This document shows, in pieces, positions 1 to 7,788 of a stretch of DNA of 42,778 nucleotides. The position numbers were made by a program, and so were the translations under genes. The DNA lies in the IMG/VR virus record IMGVR_UViG_3300025103_000049, positions 1-42,778 of that record; one strand, given 5' to 3'. This stretch comes from a virus. Its lineage: Duplodnaviria; Caudoviricetes. The number at the start of each line of letters is the position of its first letter. The stretch's first letter is position 1. The notes beneath the pieces are model-generated. The model saw only the letters and a program-made list of their open reading frames with translations. It was not told the DNA's origin and did not search any database.

Positions 1-23
1 ATCGTCAAAGTCGTCAAAGTCGT
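1..23. repeat. 9-bp tandem array (AAAGTCGTC-type), truncated by window edge
   Basis: atcgtc-aaagtcgtc-aaagtcgt; same 9-mer family as the arrays at 1237-1290 and 5636-5689. Confidence 0.6.
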
Positions 24-44
24 TTCTCCTGGCTATAGGTACAT

Positions 45-79
45 AAGAAAATCCCCGTCTCTACAACTGTAGAGCGGGG
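45..79 (-). terminator. Rho-independent terminator
   Basis: Minus strand CCCCGCTCTAC-AGTT-GTAGAGACGGGG followed by ATTTTCTT. Confidence 0.7.
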
Positions 80-304
80 CGGGATGAATTGTTAAACCTG
101 TAATGGGCAGGTGATCTAGGTTTTACGTCGGCACTGGCGGGTTATGATTTTGCAGTAGTTCACGCTACCGCTTTCGCCCTAACACTGTCACGCTATAGCT
201 GACCGGATAGCTCACGGTCACGACTACGTGCCTACGACTTTGAACGGTCGGGCCTATGTTACCCTTAACAATCAGTTGCCGGTGATTGTGTTGTTCGCTG
301 TCGA
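45..304 (-). ncRNA. candidate structured non-coding RNA (~255 nt)
   Basis: Lies between promoter 311-339 and terminator 45-79; no ATG on the transcribed strand in 61-300; nested complementary segments 88-95/265-272, 126-134/228-236, 200-205/215-220, 152-158/165-171, 96-100/108-112. Confidence 0.55.
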
Positions 305-310
305 TACTAA

Positions 311-339
311 AGACTACCATACGAAAGTACAGTTGTCAA
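311..339 (-). promoter_or_regulatory. sigma70-type promoter (diverged copy of early promoter module)
   Basis: TTGACA (334-339), 17 bp spacer, TG-n-TAGTCT (311-316); TACTTGACAAC context and downstream GTATCGA...AACAACAC shared with the other copies. Confidence 0.7.
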
Positions 340-347
340 GTAGAAAA

Positions 348-1133
348 TTAAATTTTACTGGTGAATGCGTCGATCTCGCTCAGTTCTTCAGGAGTTGTAT
401 CGTTGCGGAGTACGCGGAACCCGACCGTGAACATTTTCGAGTCCTCTCCCTGCATCTGTGCGACGGTCCCGATACTGTGCAGGGCATCGTCGATATCATC
501 GTAAGGACCGAAGAACTCGCCATAAACGCTAATGATGTAAATGCCGTTCTGAACGGTAAAGTCCTTAGTACCCACCTCAGCCTTAGTCTCGGCAAGGTCG
601 CTACAATCGGTACAGGGGTTAGCAGCGGCACACTCGTTACACTTGCCATCAAGCAACCAATAGCCGCAAGCCGGACAGTCGTCGCCAACCAGATAGTCGT
701 CATAAGCGTTAGAGTTGACAGATACGGCACAATTGAGGCAGGCATTCCACTCGCCAGAATCGACAATTGGGGCTTGCCGGATATCGTTGCAACCGTCCAT
801 GAAATACACAATCGCAGACCAGCTACCCGTTGTGGTCACCACAGTGACCGTTGTGCGGCTGTAAAGGTCGGGGTAACCCTCGACCCTATCTAACACTTTG
901 ATGCCACTCAGCGGGACGCTGTATAGCTCACCGTGGATTGTGGTGCCGTGTTGGTTGTCTACTTTTTGCAGAGCAGGGTAAGCACCCAAGTCTCGCATAA
1001 TAAAATCGTTGTTCGTCATTTTGGCAGATGACAAGAAGGTGCCACCGGCCCCGGCAGTCATAGAACTGTTGAGTCTACCGCCCCGTTGAAGTGTGCCATA
1101 TACAAATACTAGTCGCTCGTTTTCGGTTGTCAT
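348..1133 (-). CDS. gamma-glutamylcyclotransferase (GGCT/AIG2-like) with Cys-rich C-terminal extension
   Basis: LVFVYGTL..GG, DLGAYPAL, IHGELYSV, LDRVEGYPDLYSR motifs; CxxC pairs after residue ~150; GGAG upstream. Confidence 0.85.
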   Translation of the reverse strand: MTTENERLVFVYGTLQRGGRLNSSMTAGAGGTFLSSAKMTNNDFIMRDLGAYPALQKVDNQHGTTIHGELYSVPLSGIKVLDRVEGYPDLYSRTTVTVVTTTGSWSAIVYFMDGCNDIRQAPIVDSGEWNACLNCAVSVNSNAYDDYLVGDDCPACGYWLLDGKCNECAAANPCTDCSDLAETKAEVGTKDFTVQNGIYIISVYGEFFGPYDDIDDALHSIGTVAQMQGEDSKMFTVGFRVLRNDTTPEELSEIDAFTSKI

Positions 1134-1144
1134 ATTGAATTGCT

Positions 1145-1220
1145 CCGTGGTTGTGTTGTTGTTCGTTCGATACCCAAGTATGCCATACGATCAGGGTGTT
1201 GTCAAGTAGAATCTCAAAAG
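1145..1220 (-). promoter_or_regulatory. early promoter module copy
   Basis: TTGACA (1200-1205), 17 bp spacer, TG-G-CATACT (1177-1182), then conserved leader TGGGTATCGAACGA...CAACACAACCACGGAG. Confidence 0.85.
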
Positions 1221-1236
1221 AATATGGCCTGGCCGC

Positions 1237-1290
1237 ACAATCGTTACAACCGGTAAAGTCATTCAAGTCGGCAAAGTCGTTAAAGTCGAT
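1237..1290. repeat. six tandem degenerate 9-mers upstream of promoter
   Basis: ACAATCGTT ACAACCGGT AAAGTCATT CAAGTCGGC AAAGTCGTT AAAGTCGAT. Confidence 0.75.
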
Positions 1291-1662
1291 ACCAGGACCG
1301 CATGTATCGCGCACCCGCGAATCCCGTGATCACACGCGAGGCAGGCATCCGTAAGACGGGCGCGCATCCCGCAAATGTCACCACGAGCGCACGCGATAAG
1401 TGCGAGCTGCACGTGCGTTTCCACGCCCGTCAGCCCACACTCGCCTGCCATCCGATAGCACCGCATAAGACGGTTAGTGTTTCGGCAAATCATTTTGGCA
1501 TCACTTCCGCTTTCCAGAACTTGCCGGGAATCCAGCCCACCATATAGGCGTAGCCCATGACCCCCGCGAGGCACAACGTGATAACGTCGAGTGCAATTAT
1601 GTTACAGGTAAAGCACCCGAGTACGGTGCATCCAGCGATTGAGTTTAGTACGTCGTAATTCA

Positions 1663-2016
1663 TTAGATTAATTCCTTAATGTCAGTGTCAGATTCGGTTA
1701 GTTTCAAAGCACCGGTGTCGAATCGTGCTTTGGTTTTAAGTCCAAGTATGTTTTCCTCTTTGAATGAACGCATACCGTCGTAAGTGTAATACATTCGGTT
1801 AGTCGTCCCCGGTCGGGTATCTCGACCCAAGTCAATGCCGGTGCGAGCCTTGCCGTTGTACTCGAACGTGTGGATGACTAGTATCGGCACCACCGTGGGT
1901 TCCGGTCCCAAGTCCTCCGTCCTGTAGCCCTCACTGGTTAGTGTAAAGTTCAACGGGCCAAACGTAAGTGTCACTGGCAGACTCGCTCCAGAAGAATTGT
2001 TCGTAGTAGTTGTCAT
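1663..2016 (-). CDS. hypothetical protein
   Basis: ORF 1663..2130; ATG at 2016 preceded by GGGAG; overlaps the upstream gene by ~85 bp. Confidence 0.55.
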   Translation of the reverse strand: MTTTTNNSSGASLPVTLTFGPLNFTLTSEGYRTEDLGPEPTVVPILVIHTFEYNGKARTGIDLGRDTRPGTTNRMYYTYDGMRSFKEENILGLKTKARFDTGALKLTESDTDIKELI

Positions 2017-2536
2017 AGTGGTTAACTCCCATATCGTTAAAATGATTGTGTAGTCGGGTGACCTGAGCCACCGTAAGGTCACGCAAAAACAGCTTGCGCG
2101 GACTTTCGAAAAATGTCTTGCAGTAGTCATCGGGCTTGGCTCCGAGGTCGCGGATACGGCGGCGGGCTGTGTCTAGCAGACCCTTGAGCAGCAACCGAGA
2201 GCGGTGCGAAGCGTGAAACGGTTCATCGCCTAGCCAGTGTGGTTGTACAATGCTGGCGGGGTCGTGTGACCCGATGCGTTCCATAGTCTTGTGATACGAC
2301 TTGTGTGTGTCGGAGCCGCCACGAGCGACCCACTGTTCGAAAAGCGCGGTTTGATATGAACCAAGAGCAGGCAAGTAGTCTGCCCACATCCGCACTGCGG
2401 GGTGGTTCTGCCAAGCACCACCGTCGAGAATGCAGTTGGTGATCTGCTGAGTCTCTACGAGTTGCTTGGATAGTCGCACTTTGTCGAGGACTTTGCCGCA
2501 CGTGGCAAAGTCGGGTGATGGTAAAAATGTTTGCAT
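1931..2536 (-). CDS. pyrimidine-dimer DNA glycosylase / endonuclease V-like protein (MSMEG_6728-type)
   Basis: MQTFLP.PDF...VLD..RL.KQ.VE, HPAVRMW, WLGDE.FHASHRS.LL.K signature; AGGAG SD. Confidence 0.8.
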   Translation of the reverse strand: MQTFLPSPDFATCGKVLDKVRLSKQLVETQQITNCILDGGAWQNHPAVRMWADYLPALGSYQTALFEQWVARGGSDTHKSYHKTMERIGSHDPASIVQPHWLGDEPFHASHRSRLLLKGLLDTARRRIRDLGAKPDDYCKTFFESPRKLFLRDLTVAQVTRLHNHFNDMGVNHYDNYYEQFFWSESASDTYVWPVELYTNQ

Positions 2537-2558
2537 GATTGTCTCCTGTTGTTACTTA

Positions 2559-2587
2559 ACTATACAACATGGATCAACAGTTGTCAA
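2559..2587 (-). promoter_or_regulatory. sigma70-type promoter
   Basis: TTGACA (2582-2587), 17 bp spacer, TATAGT (2559-2564), directly upstream of gene 2536. Confidence 0.75.
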
Positions 2588-2804
2588 GTAAATAATCCTC
2601 AAATTCCCAGTGAATGTATTCTTCGTCGGCTTCGAAGCATTCGAATTCTTCCGCCACAACTGTATCCGCCGTAGCTTCCAGTACAGTTAGGACGGCATCT
2701 ATTGCCTCGCCGTAGTGTGGGAATGGTAGGTCTACCCGTTCGCCATTCACGAGAATGACTGGGGGGTTGGAGTTGATAATGTCTAGCTTGTTTACGTTTC
2801 TCAT
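2574..2804 (-). CDS. small acidic hypothetical protein
   Basis: 76-aa ORF, ATGA overlap with the upstream gene. Confidence 0.65.
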   Translation of the reverse strand: MRNVNKLDIINSNPPVILVNGERVDLPFPHYGEAIDAVLTVLEATADTVVAEEFECFEADEEYIHWEFEDYLLDNC

Positions 2805-3481
2805 ATCTTTGCCTCTGTATCTAGGTTAGTTAATAGTTTATGGTCAATCTCGAATTCGCCGTTTACCACCATAACCCGGTAATCAACGTTGTATTCTAAA
2901 GTCGGGTGGCTGCTGTGCATGGAATCCCACCAGTGTGCAACCCTACGTGCCTCGCGTCTATCGCATCCCGCAACCTCCCAACGCTCGGGCAGGTCGTCAC
3001 TGTACCTACGACGGCGGGTAATGAACGGGTGGTTAGTGAAGTCATCAGACTCGGTTGTGCTATGCATCCGTGAGAATGAACCCCTACCGGAAACACGGTC
3101 GCCCTCTACGCATCCACAAGAGTACTCCTCACACTCATCGCAGTACCCCGGACCGGGATCGGCTACGACGAAATATTTGTAGAACTGGATTCTGGTTTGC
3201 GGTACGCCCAAGCCTTGAGTGATCTCGAATGTTCGGCACTTGGCCGATACGCTGGAAGCTAGTCGGTGGGCTATCTCTTTGTCAGTGGTGACCTCTACCA
3301 CACGGCTACCACCCTCACAGCCTACGGTTACAACGTAACAGTAGGTGCAGTAGGAGTCAATGGTGTCGTTATCCCACTTCTGAATTGTAAAGCCGGTCTT
3401 GTTCTCGGCTACGTTTGCATGGCGTACACAGTTGGTGACCCAAGCAACCTGATCGTTTTGTTTAACAATGTAAAGTATCAT
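2801..3481 (-). CDS. hypothetical protein
   Basis: ORF 2801..3526; start placed at ATG 3481 after GGAG and downstream of promoter 3518-3546. Confidence 0.7.
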   Translation of the reverse strand: MILYIVKQNDQVAWVTNCVRHANVAENKTGFTIQKWDNDTIDSYCTYCYVVTVGCEGGSRVVEVTTDKEIAHRLASSVSAKCRTFEITQGLGVPQTRIQFYKYFVVADPGPGYCDECEEYSCGCVEGDRVSGRGSFSRMHSTTESDDFTNHPFITRRRRYSDDLPERWEVAGCDRREARRVAHWWDSMHSSHPTLEYNVDYRVMVVNGEFEIDHKLLTNLDTEAKI

Positions 3482-3487
3482 AGTGTT

Positions 3488-3550
3488 CTCCGTGGTTGTG
3501 TTGTCGTTCGATACCCAAGTATGCACTACAGTCCTGGCTTTGTCAAGTAA
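3488..3550 (-). promoter_or_regulatory. early promoter module copy
   Basis: TTGACA (3541-3546), 17 bp spacer, CATACT (3518-3523), same leader TGGGTATCGAACGACAACACAACCACGGAG. Confidence 0.85.
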
Positions 3551-3556
3551 AAAATC

Positions 3557-3590
3557 AAAAAAAAATCCCCCACCGTTTCCGGCAGGGGTT
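3557..3590 (-). terminator. Rho-independent terminator
   Basis: CCCCTGCCG-GAAA-CGGTGGGGG followed by a 9-T run. Confidence 0.85.
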
Positions 3591-3597
3591 GCGGGGG

Positions 3598-4017
3598 TTA
3601 ATATTGTTTGTTGACGAAGCCGATCTTCTCTTGCTTTCGCCGGACCTCGGCCCTCTCCTCTTCCATAATGTCGGTAGATTTGTCAAGGTCGATAAAGTCG
3701 TTACAACCCTTATCGTATGCCACGTAGTAGCTCTTGGCTATCCGAGACGATGGAAACCGCTGGCTATCGCTGTACCACCAATCGGCCCACACGTTGACCC
3801 GAAAGATCGGCAGCATCTTACCGGGGCCACTCCTGTACTCTCCGACGTGGGTATGGGTAACCAGCTTGCGACGTACCTTACGACCCATCTCGTTAGGGAA
3901 CGTTAGCTCCCCGATAAAGTCGTCCAAGACACGGCTGTCTATTTGCAGTCCCGGCTTTTCTTTTACTTCTTTTACGGCGGTCTGTGCTGACTTCTTAATG
4001 CTTGCGTCACTACTCAT
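3598..4017 (-). CDS. hypothetical protein
   Basis: 139-aa ORF packed in the operon, ends just before the terminator. Confidence 0.7.
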   Translation of the reverse strand: MSSDASIKKSAQTAVKEVKEKPGLQIDSRVLDDFIGELTFPNEMGRKVRRKLVTHTHVGEYRSGPGKMLPIFRVNVWADWWYSDSQRFPSSRIAKSYYVAYDKGCNDFIDLDKSTDIMEEERAEVRRKQEKIGFVNKQY

Positions 4018-4270
4018 TTTTAGATTCCTTATTCATTTGTATTTTAGACCATTTTAACATAGGACACTCTTCGTCCGGGTGAGCTAACTTGTTGAGTGGG
4101 GAGCGTCGCCCACTCACGGTACACTTGCATAGGGTGCAGTATTCTCTACATAGTCCCTTACGCTTGTGTTCGCAGTTGTCACACGTTTGCTTTCGCATGG
4201 CTATCATTACGGGTGGAATTAGTCCGCGTCCCGTAGCGTAGCGATACAAAGCTCTGATGAAACTTAACAT
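4010..4270 (-). CDS. small Cys-rich (zinc-binding) phage protein
   Basis: CxxC...C...CxxCxC...CPxxKW pattern. Confidence 0.7.
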   Translation of the reverse strand: MLSFIRALYRYATGRGLIPPVMIAMRKQTCDNCEHKRKGLCREYCTLCKCTVSGRRSPLNKLAHPDEECPMLKWSKIQMNKESKNE

Positions 4271-4680
4271 GGCATGAGTACCCCCACTGACTCAAGTAAT
4301 TCTGGCCCCTCTCGGGATACCTTGAACAGGACCGCATCAATTACAAAGTCCAGTGCAGTACCACTACACTTGGTGAACTTGGTATTCTTGCAACCCTTCT
4401 CTTTTAGTTCTGGCCCACCGTACCACGTGATACGGTCCAGCCCTGAGGCGTAACAGTTAGACCCGTACATACATTCTAGGTCTACGATGTCGCACCACTG
4501 CCCGTCAATGCCGAGCAACGTCTGGTGCATCCCCAGCGTCTTGAGAGCAACCGCACACTGACCCAGTGATGCGAACTCCCAACAGTCGAACAAACAACTT
4601 ACCAACTCTGCATCAATATGCTTGTTCTTACGTCGGTATCGTGTTTTCCTACCCTGTGTTTTACCCTTGCGTTTTTTCAT
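4264..4680 (-). CDS. hypothetical protein with basic N-terminus
   Basis: 138-aa ORF, ATGA overlap, GGAG upstream. Confidence 0.65.
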   Translation of the reverse strand: MKKRKGKTQGRKTRYRRKNKHIDAELVSCLFDCWEFASLGQCAVALKTLGMHQTLLGIDGQWCDIVDLECMYGSNCYASGLDRITWYGGPELKEKGCKNTKFTKCSGTALDFVIDAVLFKVSREGPELLESVGVLMPC

Positions 4681-5276
4681 GCTACTAACTCCTCTGTGCT
4701 ATTATAATTGTTGCGGATAATCTCGCGGGCCTTCCGGTACACCCCGCCAGCCAGCTCACTACGCAGTGGGTTGCGGTTGTGCCATCTGGCTAATGTAGTA
4801 TAGCACAGGGGGACGATGTTGTCAAGTACATAATTTACACGACGTTCACAGACCGCCTCTCCGCTGGCAATGTCGTTCATGATTGAACGGATGCAGGCTC
4901 GGTAGGCGTTTTTCACTTCGGTTGACAGTGCGTTGGCGTCTGTGCCACCCTCATCCCTTACCCTATTGAACCGTCGCTCCAAAGAAATACAGTCGAAGTA
5001 CAGAATAATCGGTGCGACGCTTTTTGCTAGGCCGTTCACAGTGTGTACCCAGTTGGGTGGAAGTCCACGTCGTACTGCCCCGGTTTCACCATCGGCACGA
5101 GTTGCGAACCTGTTTAGCATGAGTGAGTACCGAGTGATATAGTCGGTGTGACCGGCAAAAGCCGGATGGTCGTGACAATACGAAGCCATACCACTGCCCA
5201 TGCTTGTGCTAACCCCGATACTGCGGGCTATTTCGTTTGATCGTTGAATATCGTTGCTAAAAATTGCTGGTCTCAT
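4677..5276 (-). CDS. hypothetical protein
   Basis: 199-aa ORF, ATGA overlaps at both ends. Confidence 0.7.
   Translation of the reverse strand: MRPAIFSNDIQRSNEIARSIGVSTSMGSGMASYCHDHPAFAGHTDYITRYSLMLNRFATRADGETGAVRRGLPPNWVHTVNGLAKSVAPIILYFDCISLERRFNRVRDEGGTDANALSTEVKNAYRACIRSIMNDIASGEAVCERRVNYVLDNIVPLCYTTLARWHNRNPLRSELAGGVYRKAREIIRNNYNSTEELVA
4797..4825 (-). promoter_or_regulatory. intragenic sigma70-type promoter
   Basis: TACTTGACA (-35 at 4820-4825), 17 bp spacer, TG-C-TATACT (4797-4802). Confidence 0.7.
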
Positions 5277-5536
5277 TTTGTCATCCTTATAATTGAACCT
5301 ACTGGAAATTTGTTGTTACGTCTCACCGTCGCCATAGTCGATACCTTGCCGTGTACAATGCGACCGGTTAGCTTAAAGTGCTTACCCTCTTGTACTAGGT
5401 ACTCCTCAATGTAGTCCGCATCACAGCCATAAAAGTAACGGGTGAACTTGACCCACGTTCGTTTTTCGTGGTGTACGTCCATCTCTATGTTACCGTGACG
5501 GCAGGTGTATGCTGCGGGTTTTGTCTTTGCTTTCAT
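5273..5536 (-). CDS. hypothetical protein
   Basis: ORF 5273..5587; start moved to ATG 5536 because the longer start lies inside the promoter. Confidence 0.6.
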   Translation of the reverse strand: MKAKTKPAAYTCRHGNIEMDVHHEKRTWVKFTRYFYGCDADYIEEYLVQEGKHFKLTGRIVHGKVSTMATVRRNNKFPVGSIIRMTK

Positions 5537-5557
5537 TGTCTCGCTTTCGTTAGTCTC

Positions 5558-5620
5558 GTGTTGTCGTTCGATACCCAAGTATGCCATACGTCACTACAGT
5601 TGTCAAGTAGAATCTCAAAA
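5558..5620 (-). promoter_or_regulatory. early promoter module copy
   Basis: TTGACA (5601-5606), 17 bp spacer, TG-G-CATACT (5578-5583); near-identical to the copy at 1163-1219 outside the spacer. Confidence 0.85.
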
Positions 5621-5635
5621 ATAATTCCAGGGGGC

Positions 5636-5689
5636 AAAGTCGGTGCAATCGTTACAACCCGCAAAGTCGATACAGTCGGCAAAGTCGTT
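5636..5689. repeat. six tandem degenerate 9-mers upstream of promoter
   Basis: AAAGTCGGT GCAATCGTT ACAACCCGC AAAGTCGAT ACAGTCGGC AAAGTCGTT. Confidence 0.75.
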
Positions 5690-5782
5690 AGTTCCAGGGA
5701 GTGCCAGGGAGCTACGCGCAAGTGTAGTAAAATCCAGAGTAAGACGGAGCCTCTCTGTCCAAATGGGTTCTAAGACGAAGCC

Positions 5783-6421
5783 TTACCGTCCATCTTTAAG
5801 ACGGCGGGCCAGTCTAAAATCATGGTAGAACCTAACATCATCGTGACCTCTCCGGCGACTCATGTACTCCCACACTTCGTGTTCGCTGAACGGGCGGTAC
5901 TCTCCTAAGACGGAGTAAGCGTTGTCAACTCCAACATCCAGTGCCTTACGCTGCGGCTCTAGGTCGTCTAGGTATTCCTCACGTTGCCCGTGTACGTGTC
6001 CGTACAGGTGGCCCGAGCCACGGTGACTGCCATCCCAGTAAGCAGCAGGGTAGTGGGACAGGTGCAGTTTTAGCTGCTGGTCCCTAAGAGGGTTCTGTAT
6101 TGTAGCAGACCTCTGGTACTTGCACTCCCCGAACGCCGATGCCATGGCACCCGGTTGGTCGTGGTTGCCCAGTACGATTAGGATGTTCTTACACTCGATC
6201 CGCTTTCGGTAACCCTGCGGGTCTTTCTTGCAGAAGTCCCCTAAGATGTACAGTGTGTCGTCTCGGCCAACCACCCGGTTGATGTTGTCTATGACCATGC
6301 GGTCATGGTGGTCGGACTCGGTGATCACCTCTTGGATAGCGTGACTGGAAAGGTCCAAGCGCATCATCCCGGTCGCAAGCGCGATGTCCCCAAGGTGTGT
6401 ATCTGCGGTAAAGTATTTCAT
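5783..6421 (-). CDS. calcineurin-like metallophosphoesterase
   Basis: FTADTHLG, ILGDF, GNHD, SHYP, LYGHVH, DVGVD motifs. Confidence 0.9.
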   Translation of the reverse strand: MKYFTADTHLGDIALATGMMRLDLSSHAIQEVITESDHHDRMVIDNINRVVGRDDTLYILGDFCKKDPQGYRKRIECKNILIVLGNHDQPGAMASAFGECKYQRSATIQNPLRDQQLKLHLSHYPAAYWDGSHRGSGHLYGHVHGQREEYLDDLEPQRKALDVGVDNAYSVLGEYRPFSEHEVWEYMSRRRGHDDVRFYHDFRLARRLKDGR

Positions 6422-6433
6422 CGAAGTCTTTCT

Positions 6434-6462
6434 AAGAAAAAAGCCTCCCCGTTAAGGGAGGC
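6434..6462 (-). terminator. Rho-independent terminator
   Basis: GCCTCCC-TTAACG-GGGAGGC followed by TTTTTTCTT. Confidence 0.75.
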
Positions 6463-6469
6463 AACGAAG

Positions 6470-6721
6470 TTAGTTAAAGTGCTTACCCATGTCACCCATG
6501 CCGTGGCCCGGATCTATTCGACCGGCACCGCCCTTGCCTCGCCCACGTCGTGGGTTCATGGGGCTGTAGGTGTCGTGGTACTCAGGTGGGGCCTCGCCAA
6601 AGGTGTTACGCTTCAGCCTCTTCTTGCCACACTCTGGGCACTCTTTGACCACTTCGTCAAAGCGTGCTAGGATCTCGGATACTTTCTTACAAGCACCGCA
6701 AGTGTAGTTATACATCGGCAT
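6470..6721 (-). CDS. FmdB-family zinc-ribbon protein
   Basis: MPMYNYTCGAC...CPECG. Confidence 0.8.
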   Translation of the reverse strand: MPMYNYTCGACKKVSEILARFDEVVKECPECGKKRLKRNTFGEAPPEYHDTYSPMNPRRGRGKGGAGRIDPGHGMGDMGKHFN

Positions 6722-6983
6722 TGTCATCACCCCCGACGAATGGGATCATGTTGTTGCGGCCAATGATAGCCACACGCTCCAGTGATGTCACTCGCACTGG
6801 GTAGCCGTCCTGCTTGTTGCCAGCCAAGCGCGGCTCACCGTTAAGATCGTGGGTAATGCTAGTGACAGTGATTCGATTCAACCACATTTGAGAACCCCGA
6901 CGCACCGGATAGATGCACAGGTCTCCAAGTAGAATCTCTCGATCAAAGAAGTCTTTGGCGGGTTTGTTTACAACGTCGCTCAT
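6708..6983 (-). CDS. hypothetical protein
   Basis: ORF 6708..7058; ATG 6983 after AAGGA. Confidence 0.65.
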   Translation of the reverse strand: MSDVVNKPAKDFFDREILLGDLCIYPVRRGSQMWLNRITVTSITHDLNGEPRLAGNKQDGYPVRVTSLERVAIIGRNNMIPFVGGDDNADV

Positions 6984-6996
6984 CGCGCGTTCCTTT

Positions 6997-7788
6997 CTAA
7001 AAAGCCATGATGTAGCCGCCACTCGGGTGCGGCCAGAAATCGTTCTCGTCAGCAACACGCTGACAGTAGTCTGACGACAAGTCAGTAGTCACACAGTCCC
7101 AGTCGTTGGCGATGCACACCCTAAGAGTAGTGCCTGTCCCCATGAACGGGTCTACTACAGTTCCGCCCTTCGGCGTAGTCATAGTAAGACAGTCCTCGAC
7201 TAGTCCTTCATGTAATTGTGTTGGGTGCCACGACCGTCGCTGCTTGCTGTTGCCAGTCACCCTCGCGTAATCTAAGAAGTCAGAGAACCATACGTCGCCC
7301 GGCACTTTGCCAGCAGGGTTTGCTCTCTTGTCTCCGTTCTTCATTCTCCAAGACTCCCGCCGGATAGCGTCAGGGAACAGTGGTGCATCGAGATGCCTGA
7401 TCCTCACGATAGGTCGGAAGTTGTTACCGTGGTCGGTGTGCCGATGCTGCCCGAACGTAAAGCCCTGGACCATCCACCGTACCTCCACTGGGTAGACCAA
7501 CATCAGCTTGGACAGCAGGTTACCCATGTGGGTCATCCACCGTGCGTTGAAGCTGACGTAGCTGGTCTTACAGTTTTGGATACCCCACTGCAACAGTTCG
7601 TTTAAGAAGTCCACGTACAGTTCGTTGTCCATGCCGTCCTCGTACTCGTCGTAACCCAGCCCGATGTTATCAGGCGGGTCCGCGAACATGGTGTCGAACC
7701 GCTCACCGTCTTTCATGAAGTCCGTGACAACGGTTTGTGCCACGGGTATCTCACGAAAGTCCTTGTTCATTATCCTGTAGGTGGGCAC
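6997..7788 (-). CDS. N4/N6 DNA methyltransferase (beta-class motif order)
   Basis: FADPPDN (motif IV variant), PGDVW, HPTQ, VVDPFMGTGTT (motif I); GTG start after AAGGAG. Confidence 0.85.
   Translation of the reverse strand: MPTYRIMNKDFREIPVAQTVVTDFMKDGERFDTMFADPPDNIGLGYDEYEDGMDNELYVDFLNELLQWGIQNCKTSYVSFNARWMTHMGNLLSKLMLVYPVEVRWMVQGFTFGQHRHTDHGNNFRPIVRIRHLDAPLFPDAIRRESWRMKNGDKRANPAGKVPGDVWFSDFLDYARVTGNSKQRRSWHPTQLHEGLVEDCLTMTTPKGGTVVDPFMGTGTTLRVCIANDWDCVTTDLSSDYCQRVADENDFWPHPSGGYIMAF

Noticed and set aside
228-893. 221-aa plus-strand ORF
   Set aside because: Antisense shadow of the GGCT gene, crossing a promoter; no recognisable motifs.
1075-1354. ORFs 1075..1314 and 1151..1354, and their look-alikes near 3496 and 5468-5828
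   Set aside because: Their mutual similarity comes from translating the repeated promoter and 9-mer arrays; no SD or independent coding evidence.
286-5620. Repeated ~30-60 bp element as a CRISPR array
   Set aside because: Copies are 0.9-2.3 kb apart, separated by genes, and contain -35/-10 boxes; no cas operon.
1350-5915. Recurring TAAGACG(G) near 1352, 1466 and 5740-5912
   Set aside because: Short motif, partly within coding sequence; significance cannot be judged without a count against background.
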